This document shows positions 45,926 through 56,405 of a stretch of DNA of 64,000 bases, piece after piece. The stretch spans positions 13,366 through 77,365 of the forward strand of contig JBAUPV010000020.1 of the NCBI GenBank assembly GCA_049580385.1, written 5' to 3'. The notes under the pieces are model-generated. The model made no database searches. It was not told the origin of the DNA and saw nothing but the letters and a program-made list of their open reading frames with translations. Origin of the DNA: Desulfobaccales bacterium. GTDB lineage: Bacteria; Desulfobacterota; Desulfobaccia; Desulfobaccales; 0-14-0-80-60-11. Every line of letters starts with the position of its first letter. Within the stretch, counting starts at the first letter, position 1. Position numbers and translations under genes: made by a program.

Positions 45926-46393
45926 ATGAAAAAGTTGAGTATCCTGTTAATCCTGGCAATTTTCCTGGGCGTCGGCATGATAGGGGCGATGCCTGGGCTT
46001 TCCCAGGCGCAGGTCTATGCGCCCCCGCCCCCGCCGGGGCCCGTCATAGGAGCCCCCTATGTCGGCCCCAATACCCCCTGGGTCTATAACGCGGGTGACT
46101 GGTTCTTGAATGGCATCCTGTATTACTTTTTCGGCCCACGCTACGGATGGGCTCCGTATTACGCCTATCCCGAAACCTACGTCGTCAGACCCGGCCAATG
46201 GTACGGTCCGAAATGGCAAGGGTGGTATCGGGCCCATCCGGTTTTCTTGAGGAATTTTCAGCACGCCTATCCGATGTGGCGCGGACACACTGTAGGCCAT
46301 CATTATGGCGAAGAGTTCTATAACCGGTATCATCCCGGCCAGGGCGGCGGTTGGCATCACGGGGTCCCCGGTCATGAATTCCACCGGCCTTAA
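45926..46393 (+). CDS. Secreted Trp/Tyr/His/Pro/Gly-rich protein
   Basis: AAAGGAG lies 6 nt before ATG 45926. Signal MKKLSILLILAIFLGVGMIGAMPGLSQA. The mature part includes PPPPPGPVIGAPYVGPNTPWVYNAGDWF...GQWYGPKWQGWYRAHP...HHYGEEFYNRYHPGQGGGWHHGVPGHEFHRP. Confidence 0.65.
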   Translation: MKKLSILLILAIFLGVGMIGAMPGLSQAQVYAPPPPPGPVIGAPYVGPNTPWVYNAGDWFLNGILYYFFGPRYGWAPYYAYPETYVVRPGQWYGPKWQGWYRAHPVFLRNFQHAYPMWRGHTVGHHYGEEFYNRYHPGQGGGWHHGVPGHEFHRP

Positions 46394-46507
46394 GCAAGCC
46401 GGCCGGTGACTGAAAGCGAAAATGAGAGGGGCAGGGCAGGCAAAGGGTGCGGGTTGGACGCCGCCCCTGAGCCTGCCCTCTGCCCAAGGGTCAACTGAGG
46501 TTTCCGG

Positions 46508-47107
46508 GTGCGAAAATTATTAGCGTCGGTCATGGCGGCCATGGCCTGGGCCGCCTGGCTCACCGCCCTGATGGCGCCCCTGGGCTGTCAGCCTTATCCG
46601 CAGCAGCCATACCAGGGTCAACAATATCCCGGGCAGCAGTATCCGCCCCCGTCATCCTGGGGTCCCCGGGCCCAGGCCCCGGCGCACCTTAATGACGTGG
46701 CAGAATGGATCGGGTGCTTCACCAACGAAATCCGCCAGAGATCCGGCCTCCGCCCCCTGGCCAAAGACGGGACGCTCTCGGCCCTTGCCCAGGCTTATAG
46801 CGAGGACATGCTGCGGCGCGGCTTTTTCAGCCATACCAATCCCGAAGGCCTGACTGTCGGGGCCAGGCTCAGACCTTATTTCTCCGGCGGAATTAGCAGC
46901 CTGGGAGAAAACATCTGGGAAGGCTCCAACATGTCCTCCGCCAACCGCGAGGCCCTGGCCCGGTATATTATGAATTCCTGGATGTCGAGCCCCGGCCACC
47001 GGGAAAATATCCTGAGCGGCGACTACAACAGCCTGGGCGTGGGGGTTGCGGCCGTGGGTGGGGAAATCCGGGCCACCCAGGACTTCGCCAATCTTGAAGG
47101 CAGGTAG
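46508..47107 (+). CDS. CAP/SCP/PR-1 (YkwD-like) domain secreted protein
   Basis: NEIRQRSGLRPLAKDGTLSALAQAYSEDMLRRGFFSHTNPEG..., GENIW, MNSWMSSPGHRENILSGDYNSLGVGVA. Confidence 0.85.
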   Translation: MRKLLASVMAAMAWAAWLTALMAPLGCQPYPQQPYQGQQYPGQQYPPPSSWGPRAQAPAHLNDVAEWIGCFTNEIRQRSGLRPLAKDGTLSALAQAYSEDMLRRGFFSHTNPEGLTVGARLRPYFSGGISSLGENIWEGSNMSSANREALARYIMNSWMSSPGHRENILSGDYNSLGVGVAAVGGEIRATQDFANLEGR

Positions 47108-47180
47108 CCCGTCCTCCGGAAGAGGCAGGTTACTCGGAATGGCTGGCAGGACGGTTCCCCGGCAGTGGGCGGCCCGGGAG

Positions 47181-47516
47181 TTAATCCGCGTAGACGAAAA
47201 CTGGCCCCGAAAGGAATTCCAGCGCCACCCCATAGTTGGGGGATTCTTTAGTGGGCTGCTCTACGCGCTTGACTTTCCCGGTGGCCTTGATTTTGTATGG
47301 AATGAGGGGATCGCCGTGGTCGGGCTGGAATGTGAAAATGAAGTCAGCAATGTCGTCAGGTTGCAACCTGGGTGCAGTCTCGGACATATGCAGGCCGCCA
47401 ATGCTGATGTCCGTCATAACGGCCCTCTGGGAAAAGGTATCTTCCGATCCCTGCAATCGGGCCTGGTATTCGAACGGCAAGGACTTATAGATCCGGGGGA
47501 ATAATCGCCGCTCCAT
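47181..47516 (-). CDS. PilZ-domain (c-di-GMP-binding) protein
   Basis: RRxxxR-type motif MERRLFPR and D/NxSxxG motif TDISIGGL at the expected spacing. 111 aa. Confidence 0.8.
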   Translation of the reverse strand: MERRLFPRIYKSLPFEYQARLQGSEDTFSQRAVMTDISIGGLHMSETAPRLQPDDIADFIFTFQPDHGDPLIPYKIKATGKVKRVEQPTKESPNYGVALEFLSGPVFVYAD

Positions 47517-47775
47517 GATACACCCCGCCCAGGGTTGACTGAAAATTCTATGGGCACCCCTGGCTGCCTCTGGCCAAAAAGGGGCCAGGGAATTTCCAAA
47601 AGTTTACATGGACCCACATAAGGTTGATAACCTTAATATAAATATAAGTTCAAAAAATTGAAAAGCTAATTTTTGGATATCGATTATTTGCCCTGCTCCA
47701 AAAACCTGCCTAAATACGGGAATATTTGCTAGCAGTCATGAGGCTCCCTGGTCAGACTCGAAACCCGAAACGAAA

Positions 47776-48486
47776 CTAAATCCCCAGGTAGGCGCGCCTG
47801 ACCTCATCGTTCTTCATGAGGGCCCGGGCCTCTCCTTCCAGGTGCACCCGGCCCTCCGCCAGGACATAGGCGTAGTCGCTCACCGCCAGGGCCATGGTGA
47901 CGTTTTGCTCTACCAGGAGCATGGTGAGACCGGTCTTTTTCAAATGCGTCAGGGATTCGAACAGGGTGAGGGCCAACAAGGGGGAGAGGCCCAAAGAGAG
48001 TTCATCCAGCATCAAGACTTCCGGCTCGGCCATCAGCCCCCGGGCCACCGCCACCATCTGCTGCTCGCCGCCGCTCAGGGTGCCGGCCTTCTGCCGGGCC
48101 CGCTCTTTGAGGCGGGGGAAAAGCTCAAAGGCCTTCTCCAGATTTTGCTGAAAGGAGGGCCGGGCCCGCCGGGAAAAAGCGCCCATCTCCAGGTTCTCCA
48201 GGACCGTCATTTCCGTGAAGAGCTGGCGTCCTTCCGGAACCAGGACCATGCCGGCCTTAGCCCGGGCGTTGGCTGGCCAGTGGCTGACATCCTGGCCGGC
48301 AAAGGTGACGGCGCCCTGCCAGGGGTGCAGCAGCCCCATCATGGATTTCAACAGGGTGGTCTTGCCCACCCCGTTGGAACCCACCAGGGTGGTGAGCTTC
48401 CCCTTCTCCAGGCGCAGGTTCACCCCCCAGAGGATCTGGACCCCCTCGTAGCCCGAAGTGATATCCTTGACTTCTAAGAGATTCAT
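47776..48486 (-). CDS. livF: Branched-chain amino acid ABC transporter, ATP-binding protein
   Basis: LLEVKDITSGYEGVQILWGVNL, Walker A GSNGVGKTT, LSGGEQQM, LMLDELSLGL. Confidence 0.9.
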   Translation of the reverse strand: MNLLEVKDITSGYEGVQILWGVNLRLEKGKLTTLVGSNGVGKTTLLKSMMGLLHPWQGAVTFAGQDVSHWPANARAKAGMVLVPEGRQLFTEMTVLENLEMGAFSRRARPSFQQNLEKAFELFPRLKERARQKAGTLSGGEQQMVAVARGLMAEPEVLMLDELSLGLSPLLALTLFESLTHLKKTGLTMLLVEQNVTMALAVSDYAYVLAEGRVHLEGEARALMKNDEVRRAYLGI

Positions 48487-48546
48487 CTGGTTAGTCTATC
48501 CTTGGCCTGTTTAGATGAAAAACGCCGGCTGCGAAGGAAAACCGCT

Positions 48547-49299
48547 TTATTCGGCCAGGAGCCGCGCCGTCATTTCCGGATCCCCCAGGTAAGCCTCGAT
48601 GACCTGGGGGTTGCTTACCACTTCCTGGGGGTTGCCCGTGGCGATGAGCTGCCCGTAGTCCAGGACGATGATCTGGTCCGAAATACTCATGATCGCCTGC
48701 ATGACGTGCTCGATCATCAGGATGGAGTAGCCCTGGTCCCGGATCTCCCGGATGGTCTGCATCATGTTGGCGATCTCCGAGGGGTTGAGGCCGGCCAGCA
48801 CTTCGTCCAGCAGCAGCAGATAGGGGCGGGCCGCCAGGGCCCGGGCCAGTTCCAGGCGCTTCTTTTGCGCCACGTTGAGGCCGCCCGCCAGCCGCTGAGC
48901 CAGCTCCGCCAGACCCACCTGCGCCAGGGCCCGTTCCGCCACAGTGGCGGCCCGGCCCAGGGAGTGGCGTTCCCGGCCAAAACAGGCCCCCACCATGACG
49001 TTTTCCAGGACGGTGAGTTCGTTCAGGGGGCGGACCACCTGGTGGGCCCGGGCCAGACCCCGCCGGGCCACCTCGTAGGAGGGCAGGCCGCTAATCTTTT
49101 CCCCCCGGAAGAATACCTGGCCGCTGCTGGGGTGATAGACCCCGTTGATCACGTTGAACAGGGTGGTTTTGCCCGCGCCGTTGGGGCCGATGAGCCCCAG
49201 GATCTGCCCCTCGATGAGATCAAAGGTCACGTCCAGCAGGGCTTGCAGGCCGCCGAATTTCTTGGAGATTTCCTGAACCTGGAGGATCATTCCAGCCAT
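48547..49299 (-). CDS. livG: Branched-chain amino acid ABC transporter, ATP-binding protein
   Basis: [47 protein letters not shown]-terminal LivG-type extension. Confidence 0.9.
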   Translation of the reverse strand: MAGMILQVQEISKKFGGLQALLDVTFDLIEGQILGLIGPNGAGKTTLFNVINGVYHPSSGQVFFRGEKISGLPSYEVARRGLARAHQVVRPLNELTVLENVMVGACFGRERHSLGRAATVAERALAQVGLAELAQRLAGGLNVAQKKRLELARALAARPYLLLLDEVLAGLNPSEIANMMQTIREIRDQGYSILMIEHVMQAIMSISDQIIVLDYGQLIATGNPQEVVSNPQVIEAYLGDPEMTARLLAE

Positions 49300-50255
49300 T
49301 TTCGCAACCCCGGAAAGCGTTTCCTAAGCCAGCCCACGCCCCCCCCGGGGACAAAGAGGACGATGAGCAGGAGAATCAGACCCGTGGTGGCCAGTTGCAG
49401 GTCCTTAAAGAAAACGCTGGTGAGGAGATAATCCCGCAGCTTCTCATAGCAGAAGGCCCCCAGCACCGGCCCCAGCAGGGTGCCATTGCCTCCCAGCATC
49501 ACCATCACCAGGACCTCCAGGGACATCTGAAAATTGAAGGCGTCGTCGGGCTGCACGTTGCCGTTCTTAAAGAAATAGAGGGTGCCGATGAGGCCGGGGA
49601 AAAAGGCGGAGATCAAAAAGGCCTTGGTCTTGTCCCGGGGAGCCTTGACCCCCATTACCATGGCGGTGTCCTCATCTTCCCGGATGGCGATGAGGCCCAG
49701 GCCGAAGCGGGAGCGTCTCACCAGGTAACTCACCACCAGCACCGCCAGGGTGACCAGCCACAAGAGGATGAAGGTGAGCCACAAGGCCTGGCCGGCGCCA
49801 CCGTAGCGGTCGTAGGCCGAGAAGTTGACAGACAGGCCGATGGAGCCGCCGAAGGGCCCAAAATTGCTGACAAAGGCCCCGGCCGCCTGATTGACCCCGA
49901 TGGTGGCCAGGGCAAAGTAGGCGCCCCGCAGCCTGAGAACCGCGGCGCCGATGATGAAGGCGATGGCCATGGCCATGACCCCGCCGGCCAGGGCGGCCAG
50001 GTACAGGGGCCAACCGAATTCGCTCAGCAAATAGAAGCCGAAATAGCCGCCCATGCCGAAAAAGACGATATGGCCGAAATTAACGTAGCCGGTGTAGCCC
50101 ATGATGATGTTCAGGCTGGAGGCCAGGCCGATGAACATCAGGGCCGTGAAGGCCGTTTCCCGCATGGTGTCCTGGCGCAAGACCAGGACCGCCAGGCCGC
50201 CCAGGAATACCAGGAGGAAACTGGGCCATAACCCGGATTGCCGGAAGGGATTCAT
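49287..50255 (-). CDS. livM: Branched-chain amino acid ABC transporter permease
   Basis: Polytopic membrane protein with LivM-type GYTGYVNFGHIVFFGMGGY. Overlaps livG by 13 nt. Confidence 0.88.
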   Translation of the reverse strand: MNPFRQSGLWPSFLLVFLGGLAVLVLRQDTMRETAFTALMFIGLASSLNIIMGYTGYVNFGHIVFFGMGGYFGFYLLSEFGWPLYLAALAGGVMAMAIAFIIGAAVLRLRGAYFALATIGVNQAAGAFVSNFGPFGGSIGLSVNFSAYDRYGGAGQALWLTFILLWLVTLAVLVVSYLVRRSRFGLGLIAIREDEDTAMVMGVKAPRDKTKAFLISAFFPGLIGTLYFFKNGNVQPDDAFNFQMSLEVLVMVMLGGNGTLLGPVLGAFCYEKLRDYLLTSVFFKDLQLATTGLILLLIVLFVPGGGVGWLRKRFPGLRKWLE

Positions 50256-51110
50256 CTATTTGGACCCTAACAGCCCGGAGGGACGGACCACCAGGACCAG
50301 GACAAACAGAACAAACTCCACCACCGTTACCCAGCTCACCGGCATAAAAATGGGAACCACCCCTTCCAGGCCTCCCAGGAACAGCCCGCCCACCAGTGCC
50401 CCCAGGGGGTTGCCCAGCCCCCCCAGGACGCAAATGACGAAGGCCTTCAGTTGGTAGGAGGCGCCGCTCAGAATGGTGAAGGGGAAGAAGGTGGCGGTAA
50501 GCCCCCCGGCCACTGCGGCCAGCATGGTGCCCAGGCCGAAGCTCAGGGCCAGGATCTGGGACGAAGGAATCCCCATCAACTCCGCCGCCGCCTGGTTGCC
50601 GGACACGGCCCGGATGGCCTTCCCCGGCCGGGTGAAATAGAGAAACAGATAGAGGGCGCCGGTGATCACCAGCGCCGCCAGGGCCGCCAGCAGGCGGGTG
50701 CCGGTAAAAATAACCCCACCCCAGTCGAAGGAGCCCACGGAAAAGTTGATATTTCGGGGCGAGGTGGTGAAGACCGCGGTGCCCACCCCGATGATAATCA
50801 TATTCACCGCGAAGGTGGACAGCAGGGTGGACAGATAACTCGACTTGATCACCCGGTGCAGGGCCACCCCGTAAATCAAAAAGCCGAAGAGCAGGGACAG
50901 GACCACCACCACCAGCAGGGCCAGGTAGGGATTCATCGCCAGATCGGCGAACAACATGTAGGTGGCGAACATCCCCAGGGCCATGGTAGCCCCGTGGCTC
51001 AGGTTGATGACCCGCATCACCCCCCAAATCAGGGTTAGGCCCATGGCGGCCACCCCGTACACAAAGCCGATGAGCAGGCCGTCAATTATCGAAGACAGAA
51101 TTTGGGTCAA
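50256..51110 (-). CDS. livH: Branched-chain amino acid ABC transporter permease
   Basis: MTQILSSIIDGLLIGFVYGVAAMGLTLIWGVMRVINLSHG is the typical LivH opening. Abuts livM. Confidence 0.88.
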   Translation of the reverse strand: MTQILSSIIDGLLIGFVYGVAAMGLTLIWGVMRVINLSHGATMALGMFATYMLFADLAMNPYLALLVVVVLSLLFGFLIYGVALHRVIKSSYLSTLLSTFAVNMIIIGVGTAVFTTSPRNINFSVGSFDWGGVIFTGTRLLAALAALVITGALYLFLYFTRPGKAIRAVSGNQAAAELMGIPSSQILALSFGLGTMLAAVAGGLTATFFPFTILSGASYQLKAFVICVLGGLGNPLGALVGGLFLGGLEGVVPIFMPVSWVTVVEFVLFVLVLVVRPSGLLGSK

Positions 51111-51266
51111 CTTGAGGCTCCCGGACCGACAAAATCTTGATCCCGATTACCGGGAAGGCCAGGCCAGTTCCAGTTAAGGGGCCTGCCGCCCGCCCTGGCG
51201 CACTTCCCCGGCAGGGGAGGGCACGGCAGGCCATGCCCTCCTCTCAGCAGACCATCAAGTCCAGGC

Positions 51267-52520
51267 TTAATGCGCCGGATAAAGGATGGCTTTGGCAGTG
51301 GCGGCGCTCGGTGGATACACCGCCACTTTCTCCGGCTTGCCCTGGGCATCCTTCTGCCACTGGATGACGATCATCTGGTGGCCGATTTGGAGGCCGTGGG
51401 CCTGGGGGGTGGTGTCAAACTTGGTGAGGCCGAAGAAAGTGTACATGTCTTCGCCATCCAGGGCCGCCTTGACCTTCTCCGTGTCGGTAGAGCCGGCCTT
51501 TAAGATGGCCTCTTGCAAGATCAGCCCGGCGGCGTAGCCCCCGGCGCTGTGATAGGAGGGGTCTTGATGGTACTTGGCCTTATACGCCTCGATAAATTGC
51601 TCTTCCGTGGGGCCGAACCACATCACACCTTCCTTCTTGGCTGCCTCCGGGCTGTATTTGGCCTCCGGTTCCCACTGGGATGATCCCATCACTCCGATAC
51701 AGGCCTCGCCCAGTTCGCCGAATTTGGGCTCCGGCGGAGCCACCAGCAGGCCTACCATCTTGGGATTGACCTTTTTTTCATAAATCTGCCGGGCGAGGGT
51801 GGTGGTATCGGAGAAGTGGCCGCCGCCCATTACTGCGGCCGTCCCGGGGGGAATCTTGTCGATGTAGGGGGAAAAATCGGTGGTGGTGGGGTCATAGCCT
51901 TCATCCATCACCATTTTATAGCCTTTTTCTGTGGCATATTTCTTCAGACCGTTCACACAGGCCGTGGAGAAATTGTCCTTCGAATAAATGACGGCGAGGG
52001 TCTTGGCCTGGGGGGCCAGCTCGGCCAGCACGTCCACAGGTCCCGCCAGGTAGAAGCCGGCAGGGGTGTAAGCCTGGTAGACCAGGGTGAAGCCTTTGGA
52101 ATACGTGCCTTCCGCAGCCGCCCCCGCGGTGATCATGATCTTCTTATACTGTTGGGCGATGATCGCGGCGGCATCCGCCAGGGGACTGCTGTAGGGACTG
52201 ATGAGGAAGTCGGCTTTATCGGTGCTGATGAGGCGGGTATAAAGCTCTTGCACCCGATCCTTTTTGCTCTCGTCGTCATAGAATTTGGCGGCCACTTTGA
52301 TTGCGGTGCCGTCGGCCAGCTTGATGCCACCCGCTTCGTTCACTGTGTCGATCCAGAGGTTCAATCCGTTAATTTGGCGGATGCCCTCCACGTTGAACGC
52401 TCCGGTCTGAGAGGCGGTAAAGCCCAGAGTTATGGTCTTTTCCGCAGCCATCCCGGGAGCGCCAAGCCCCAAGAACATGACAGCTATGGCCAGACAGCTA
52501 ACCAATCCCAAACGCCTCAT
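51267..52520 (-). CDS. ABC transporter periplasmic substrate-binding protein (Leu/Ile/Val-binding protein family)
   Basis: Signal peptide followed by the type I PBP pattern (ITLGFTASQTGAFNVEG...). First gene of the liv-like operon. Confidence 0.88.
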   Translation of the reverse strand: MRRLGLVSCLAIAVMFLGLGAPGMAAEKTITLGFTASQTGAFNVEGIRQINGLNLWIDTVNEAGGIKLADGTAIKVAAKFYDDESKKDRVQELYTRLISTDKADFLISPYSSPLADAAAIIAQQYKKIMITAGAAAEGTYSKGFTLVYQAYTPAGFYLAGPVDVLAELAPQAKTLAVIYSKDNFSTACVNGLKKYATEKGYKMVMDEGYDPTTTDFSPYIDKIPPGTAAVMGGGHFSDTTTLARQIYEKKVNPKMVGLLVAPPEPKFGELGEACIGVMGSSQWEPEAKYSPEAAKKEGVMWFGPTEEQFIEAYKAKYHQDPSYHSAGGYAAGLILQEAILKAGSTDTEKVKAALDGEDMYTFFGLTKFDTTPQAHGLQIGHQMIVIQWQKDAQGKPEKVAVYPPSAATAKAILYPAH

Positions 52521-52705
52521 AGCTCCTCCTTGGTCCTATTATCGGACCTCGCCAAATGAGTTAAAGACTCCCCTAATAATGGGGCATGCTACTCACAAAT
52601 TGTTTATACAGCAAGGAAAAAGGTGCTTTCAAGGGATATCTTGATCAGCCCCTTGGGAAAATTTCAGTTTCGTTGTTAGGAAATATTCTCATTGGCGGCT
52701 GAGAT

Positions 52706-53272
52706 CTATTGCAAGTAGGGCCGCAGAAATTCCATGCCTTCCCGGGGCGCCACCTCCCCTTGGAATCGGAAAGGTACCGGGATTATCCCTCCCATGACGG
52801 AGGCCAGGCGAAAACTGCCGGAGATTTGGTAGTGGACTTTCCGCTGCGAATTTTGCAGAAAACCGGGCAAAAAGCCCAGCAGGGTGTCCAACTTCACCAG
52901 GATGGGGACCCGGGCCGCCGTCTGCCCCCCGCCAGGCAGGTTCACCGCCTCCTGGGAAGACCCTGTGGCTACGTTGCGGCCTTCGATCCATAACTGATAA
53001 TTGTAGCCCAGCAGGTTCAGGGGCTGGGGGTTGGGATTTTCCAGGAGCAGGTTGGCAGCCAGGGGCCAGCCCTTCGAGGTGGGTTGATAGACGGTGAGGC
53101 CCTGGAAGGTGACCTTGGGGGGCTGAATCTCTCCCCGGGCCAGTTCCTGGACGCCGCAGCCGGCCGCCACCAAGACAGCCAACCCCAGCAGCCAGAGGCA
53201 GGCGCTCCCCCCGAGATGAGTCCAGGAGCCCCCGGAGTGATCGCCGGCACATAATTGCGGTTTAATCCTCAT
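52706..53272 (-). CDS. LEA_2 (NDR1/HIN1-like, water-stress) domain lipoprotein
   Basis: Lipobox LAVLVAAGC. PKVTFQGLTVYQPTSKGWPLAANLLLENPNPQPLNLLGYNYQLWIEGRNVATG matches the LEA_2 beta-sandwich pattern. Confidence 0.7.
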   Translation of the reverse strand: MRIKPQLCAGDHSGGSWTHLGGSACLWLLGLAVLVAAGCGVQELARGEIQPPKVTFQGLTVYQPTSKGWPLAANLLLENPNPQPLNLLGYNYQLWIEGRNVATGSSQEAVNLPGGGQTAARVPILVKLDTLLGFLPGFLQNSQRKVHYQISGSFRLASVMGGIIPVPFRFQGEVAPREGMEFLRPYLQ

Positions 53273-53420
53273 GAGTTATTTTTAAACTTTATAACTGTGG
53301 AGGATTTAGTCAATAGGGCTTCTGTCAAATTGGCGGGCGCAGGGGGCCCCGGCGGCGGGCTGCTCAACTCGCTGAACTGGAACCTGGGGGATGGGGGGGA
53401 TTCGGGATGGCGGACCGGCC

Positions 53421-54386
53421 TCAGCTGTTGCCCTGCCGGAGTTGCTGCAGCTTTTCCAAGGCCCGCTGCAGGTTGGTCTTGGCTTCCTCGTAATAAGAGG
53501 GTCGTAGTTCAATAGCCCGTTGGAAGCACTTGGCTGCCTCTTCATATTGACCTGCCACGAAATAGTAGACCCCGATGTTGTTGTAGGCCTGGGCCTCATC
53601 CCCGGCCTTCATGAAGGCATCCAGGGCCTCATTATAGTGTTTTTCCCCGGCCAGGGCCATCCCCAATTGATTATTGAGCTTTTCGTTTTTCGGATCCCCG
53701 GCCAGCCCTTGTTGCAGACAGGCGATGGCTCGCCGGTAATCCTTCAAATCGATGTAGGCCTGAGCCAGGGGCGAGATGCTGGAAACGTGGCGGGGGTCAA
53801 CCATCAGGGCCTGCTTTAGCTGGACCACCGCCTTGCCGGGCTGGCCACTCTCCAGGTAGGCCACCCCCAGGAGGTGCAGGGAATTGATCCGTTCGGGATC
53901 CCGGCCCAGGACCGTCTGGAATTCATCGATGGCCAGGGGGTAATTCTTTTCCTGCAGGAGCACCAGCCCCATGGCTTCGTGGGCCTGGAGCATATCCGGC
54001 TTGTGCATCAGAACCAGGGCCAGTTCCTGCTGGGCCGCCTGCCACTGGCCGTTGAGCAGGAAAAGGACCGCGACCTTGTAGTGCAGGTCATAGCGATCCG
54101 GGTGGTTCCGGAGAATTGACAGATAGTCGAGGAGGGAGGATTCGTAATCCCCGCCCTGTACGGCGACGTCCCCCAAGGCCTCTTGCCGGTCAGGCGGCAG
54201 GGCTTGGTTATCCCCCGTAAAGTGCGCCTTCATTTTGTTCCAGATGGTGTCGTTGGAAGAGCTGCTGCCGGCAAGGGTCTCCAGTGCGGAGGGACCGGTC
54301 GCCCCTTGTTGCTGGGCGCAACCGGTTGAGAGCATCAGCATGGCCAGAAGCCAGGCGATGGCTGCCAGGGGCTTAATAGTCTTCAT
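53421..54386 (-). CDS. TPR-repeat lipoprotein
   Basis: Lipobox LMLSTGC. At least 6 TPR units (e.g. AHEAMGLVLLQEKNYPLAIDEFQTVLGRDP). Confidence 0.85.
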   Translation of the reverse strand: MKTIKPLAAIAWLLAMLMLSTGCAQQQGATGPSALETLAGSSSSNDTIWNKMKAHFTGDNQALPPDRQEALGDVAVQGGDYESSLLDYLSILRNHPDRYDLHYKVAVLFLLNGQWQAAQQELALVLMHKPDMLQAHEAMGLVLLQEKNYPLAIDEFQTVLGRDPERINSLHLLGVAYLESGQPGKAVVQLKQALMVDPRHVSSISPLAQAYIDLKDYRRAIACLQQGLAGDPKNEKLNNQLGMALAGEKHYNEALDAFMKAGDEAQAYNNIGVYYFVAGQYEEAAKCFQRAIELRPSYYEEAKTNLQRALEKLQQLRQGNS

Positions 54387-56385
54387 TACCTTTCTCGAGC
54401 AAGCGCGCCATGGTTTGCGGCTGGGCCAGGAGATCGCTGCCCAGCAGAATCCTGATGTCCACTCCGGCTCTGAGCTTGAGGGACTTCTCCAATTGGGCCT
54501 TGGGGAAGAACTGGGAGACGAGGGCCTGGGCTACCTTCTCCGTGCCGGGGCGGTAGGAGATCACCGTCGTCTCCGCCCCGAAATCGATATAGTTGCCAAT
54601 TATGCCGACATTGAACCCTTGTTGGGACAACTGCGCCCGGGTCTGGTGAGCCAGCATCTGAGCCCGGGTGCCATTCCGGATCTCGATGACGCTGTCTATC
54701 AGCTCTGCGGCGGTCAGCGCTCCCAGGGGAACCTTAGGGTGGACCAGGGTCTTCGCCGGGGTGGGCGGCGGCCCAGGCAGGGGTGAGCGGGCAGCCCCGG
54801 AAGCGGCCGCACTCGCCAGGATCAGCGAGGCAGCCGGCCTTTGGGAAGCCAACGGCTGGGGTTGCGGCCCACGCGGGGAGGCGCCCGGCTCTTCCCCTCT
54901 TAGGCGGGCCATGATCCGGGGGTGTTCCATGAGATCGCGGCCCAGCAGGATCTTGATGTCCACTCCATTTCTGAACGCGGTAGACTCCGCCAACAGGGCC
55001 TCGGGGAAAATCTTGGAGTTGATGACCCGGGCCACCCGCTCCGCCCCTGGGCCGTAATAGATCACCGTGGAATCCGCTCCGAAATCGATGTAATTGCCGA
55101 TCCGGGCAACGTTGAAGCCTTCCCGGAATAGCAAGCTCCGGGCCAGGTGGGCCAGGTCCTGGCTGCCGTTGCCGTTCAGGACCTCGATCTTGGTCCCCAC
55201 CCGCTCTGCGGCATCCAGGAATATCGGGGGCGCGGCCACTTTGGCAGCCCTTTTCGCCTCAACCTGCGCCGCGGCGGCGAGCACCCTGGCCGGGGCCGGC
55301 CCCGCCGCCAGGGTTTTCCCCTGAACTGCCGCGGGTTTGCTGGGGGAAGCCACCACTGGTGGAGCGGGCGCTGGCGCCACTTTGGCTGCCGCCATCAACC
55401 TTGCCGTTGGCCGGGTAGCCGCAGGCGCGGCTGGGGCCGCCGCCGCGGCAGGGATGGGCGGTTTCGCCGCCGGGAATACGGTTTGGCTGGCAACTAGCAC
55501 CGGGGCCGCAGGTGGCTGTGGGGCCGGCTCCTCGGCTGATTCCGCCAACCCTGCCGCTGGCGTAGCCTTGACGCTGGCCTGCCCTTCAGCCACCACCAGG
55601 GATCCATCCTGGGAAGCAACAATGGCAGGGGCCGCGGCCAAAGGCCGCGCCGGCGGTGCCTTCACGGAGGGGGATGCCGGCTCTACCGGTGATTTGGCTG
55701 AAGAATCGGCCAGTGGCCCGCCTGGCCCCGGCTCCTCTAGATTGGCATAGGCAGGACCGCTCATTCCCAGGAAAGCCAGGGCCTGCTTCATCCTAGTTTT
55801 GGCGAGGATGGCGCCTCCAGCTTCCTCCCAGATCCGTTTGGCCTCCGCCAGCTTGCCCTGGCGGCACCATAAGAGTCCTAAATTGTTCCGGGCGGCCAAA
55901 TTGCCGGGATCACGGGCCAGGGTCTCCTGGAAGCAGGATTCGGCCCGGCGCAAGTCTCCCTGAAGATAATAGGAGAAGCACCAATTGTTGCGCAAGGCCC
56001 GGTTTTCGCCATAGCGTTTCAGGGTCTCCTGGTACAACTCCTGAGCCTGTGGGAATTGTCCCTGCTCCTGGTACATCTGGGCCAGGGCATCCACCACCTT
56101 GATATTAGCGGGATCCACCTTGTGGGCCTGCTGCAATTCCCTTAAGGCGACTTCCGGCCTCCCCATCAACTGGTAATAATGGGCGTTATACAACAAGCGG
56201 GCGGCGTCCGCCGCGGCTGGCAAGGCTGTAACCCGGTTAGTCCCATTACTGGCCAACCAGGAGGCGTTGCAACCCGCCCCCAGCAACGCCACGGCCAGCG
56301 CCGCCCCGGCCAGCGGCCATACCACCCGGCGCCGCCGGACCCCCCTGTCCCCTGGGCATAATTGGTCGAGCCCTGCTGCCCGCAT
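54373..56385 (-). CDS. Lipoprotein with N-terminal TPR repeats, a long Ala/Pro-rich linker and two LytR_C domains
   Basis: Lipobox LLGAGC. TPR units follow. About 200 aa of A/P-rich low complexity. Two copies of I(E/E)(V/I)(L/R)NG.....A......L...GFNV..IGNYIDFGA..TVI.Y.PG.E.VA.........(LytR_C pattern). Confidence 0.8.
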   Translation of the reverse strand: MRAAGLDQLCPGDRGVRRRRVVWPLAGAALAVALLGAGCNASWLASNGTNRVTALPAAADAARLLYNAHYYQLMGRPEVALRELQQAHKVDPANIKVVDALAQMYQEQGQFPQAQELYQETLKRYGENRALRNNWCFSYYLQGDLRRAESCFQETLARDPGNLAARNNLGLLWCRQGKLAEAKRIWEEAGGAILAKTRMKQALAFLGMSGPAYANLEEPGPGGPLADSSAKSPVEPASPSVKAPPARPLAAAPAIVASQDGSLVVAEGQASVKATPAAGLAESAEEPAPQPPAAPVLVASQTVFPAAKPPIPAAAAAPAAPAATRPTARLMAAAKVAPAPAPPVVASPSKPAAVQGKTLAAGPAPARVLAAAAQVEAKRAAKVAAPPIFLDAAERVGTKIEVLNGNGSQDLAHLARSLLFREGFNVARIGNYIDFGADSTVIYYGPGAERVARVINSKIFPEALLAESTAFRNGVDIKILLGRDLMEHPRIMARLRGEEPGASPRGPQPQPLASQRPAASLILASAAASGAARSPLPGPPPTPAKTLVHPKVPLGALTAAELIDSVIEIRNGTRAQMLAHQTRAQLSQQGFNVGIIGNYIDFGAETTVISYRPGTEKVAQALVSQFFPKAQLEKSLKLRAGVDIRILLGSDLLAQPQTMARLLEKGNEDY

Positions 56386-56405
56386 GATTGCTCACCCCGT
56401 TTTAA

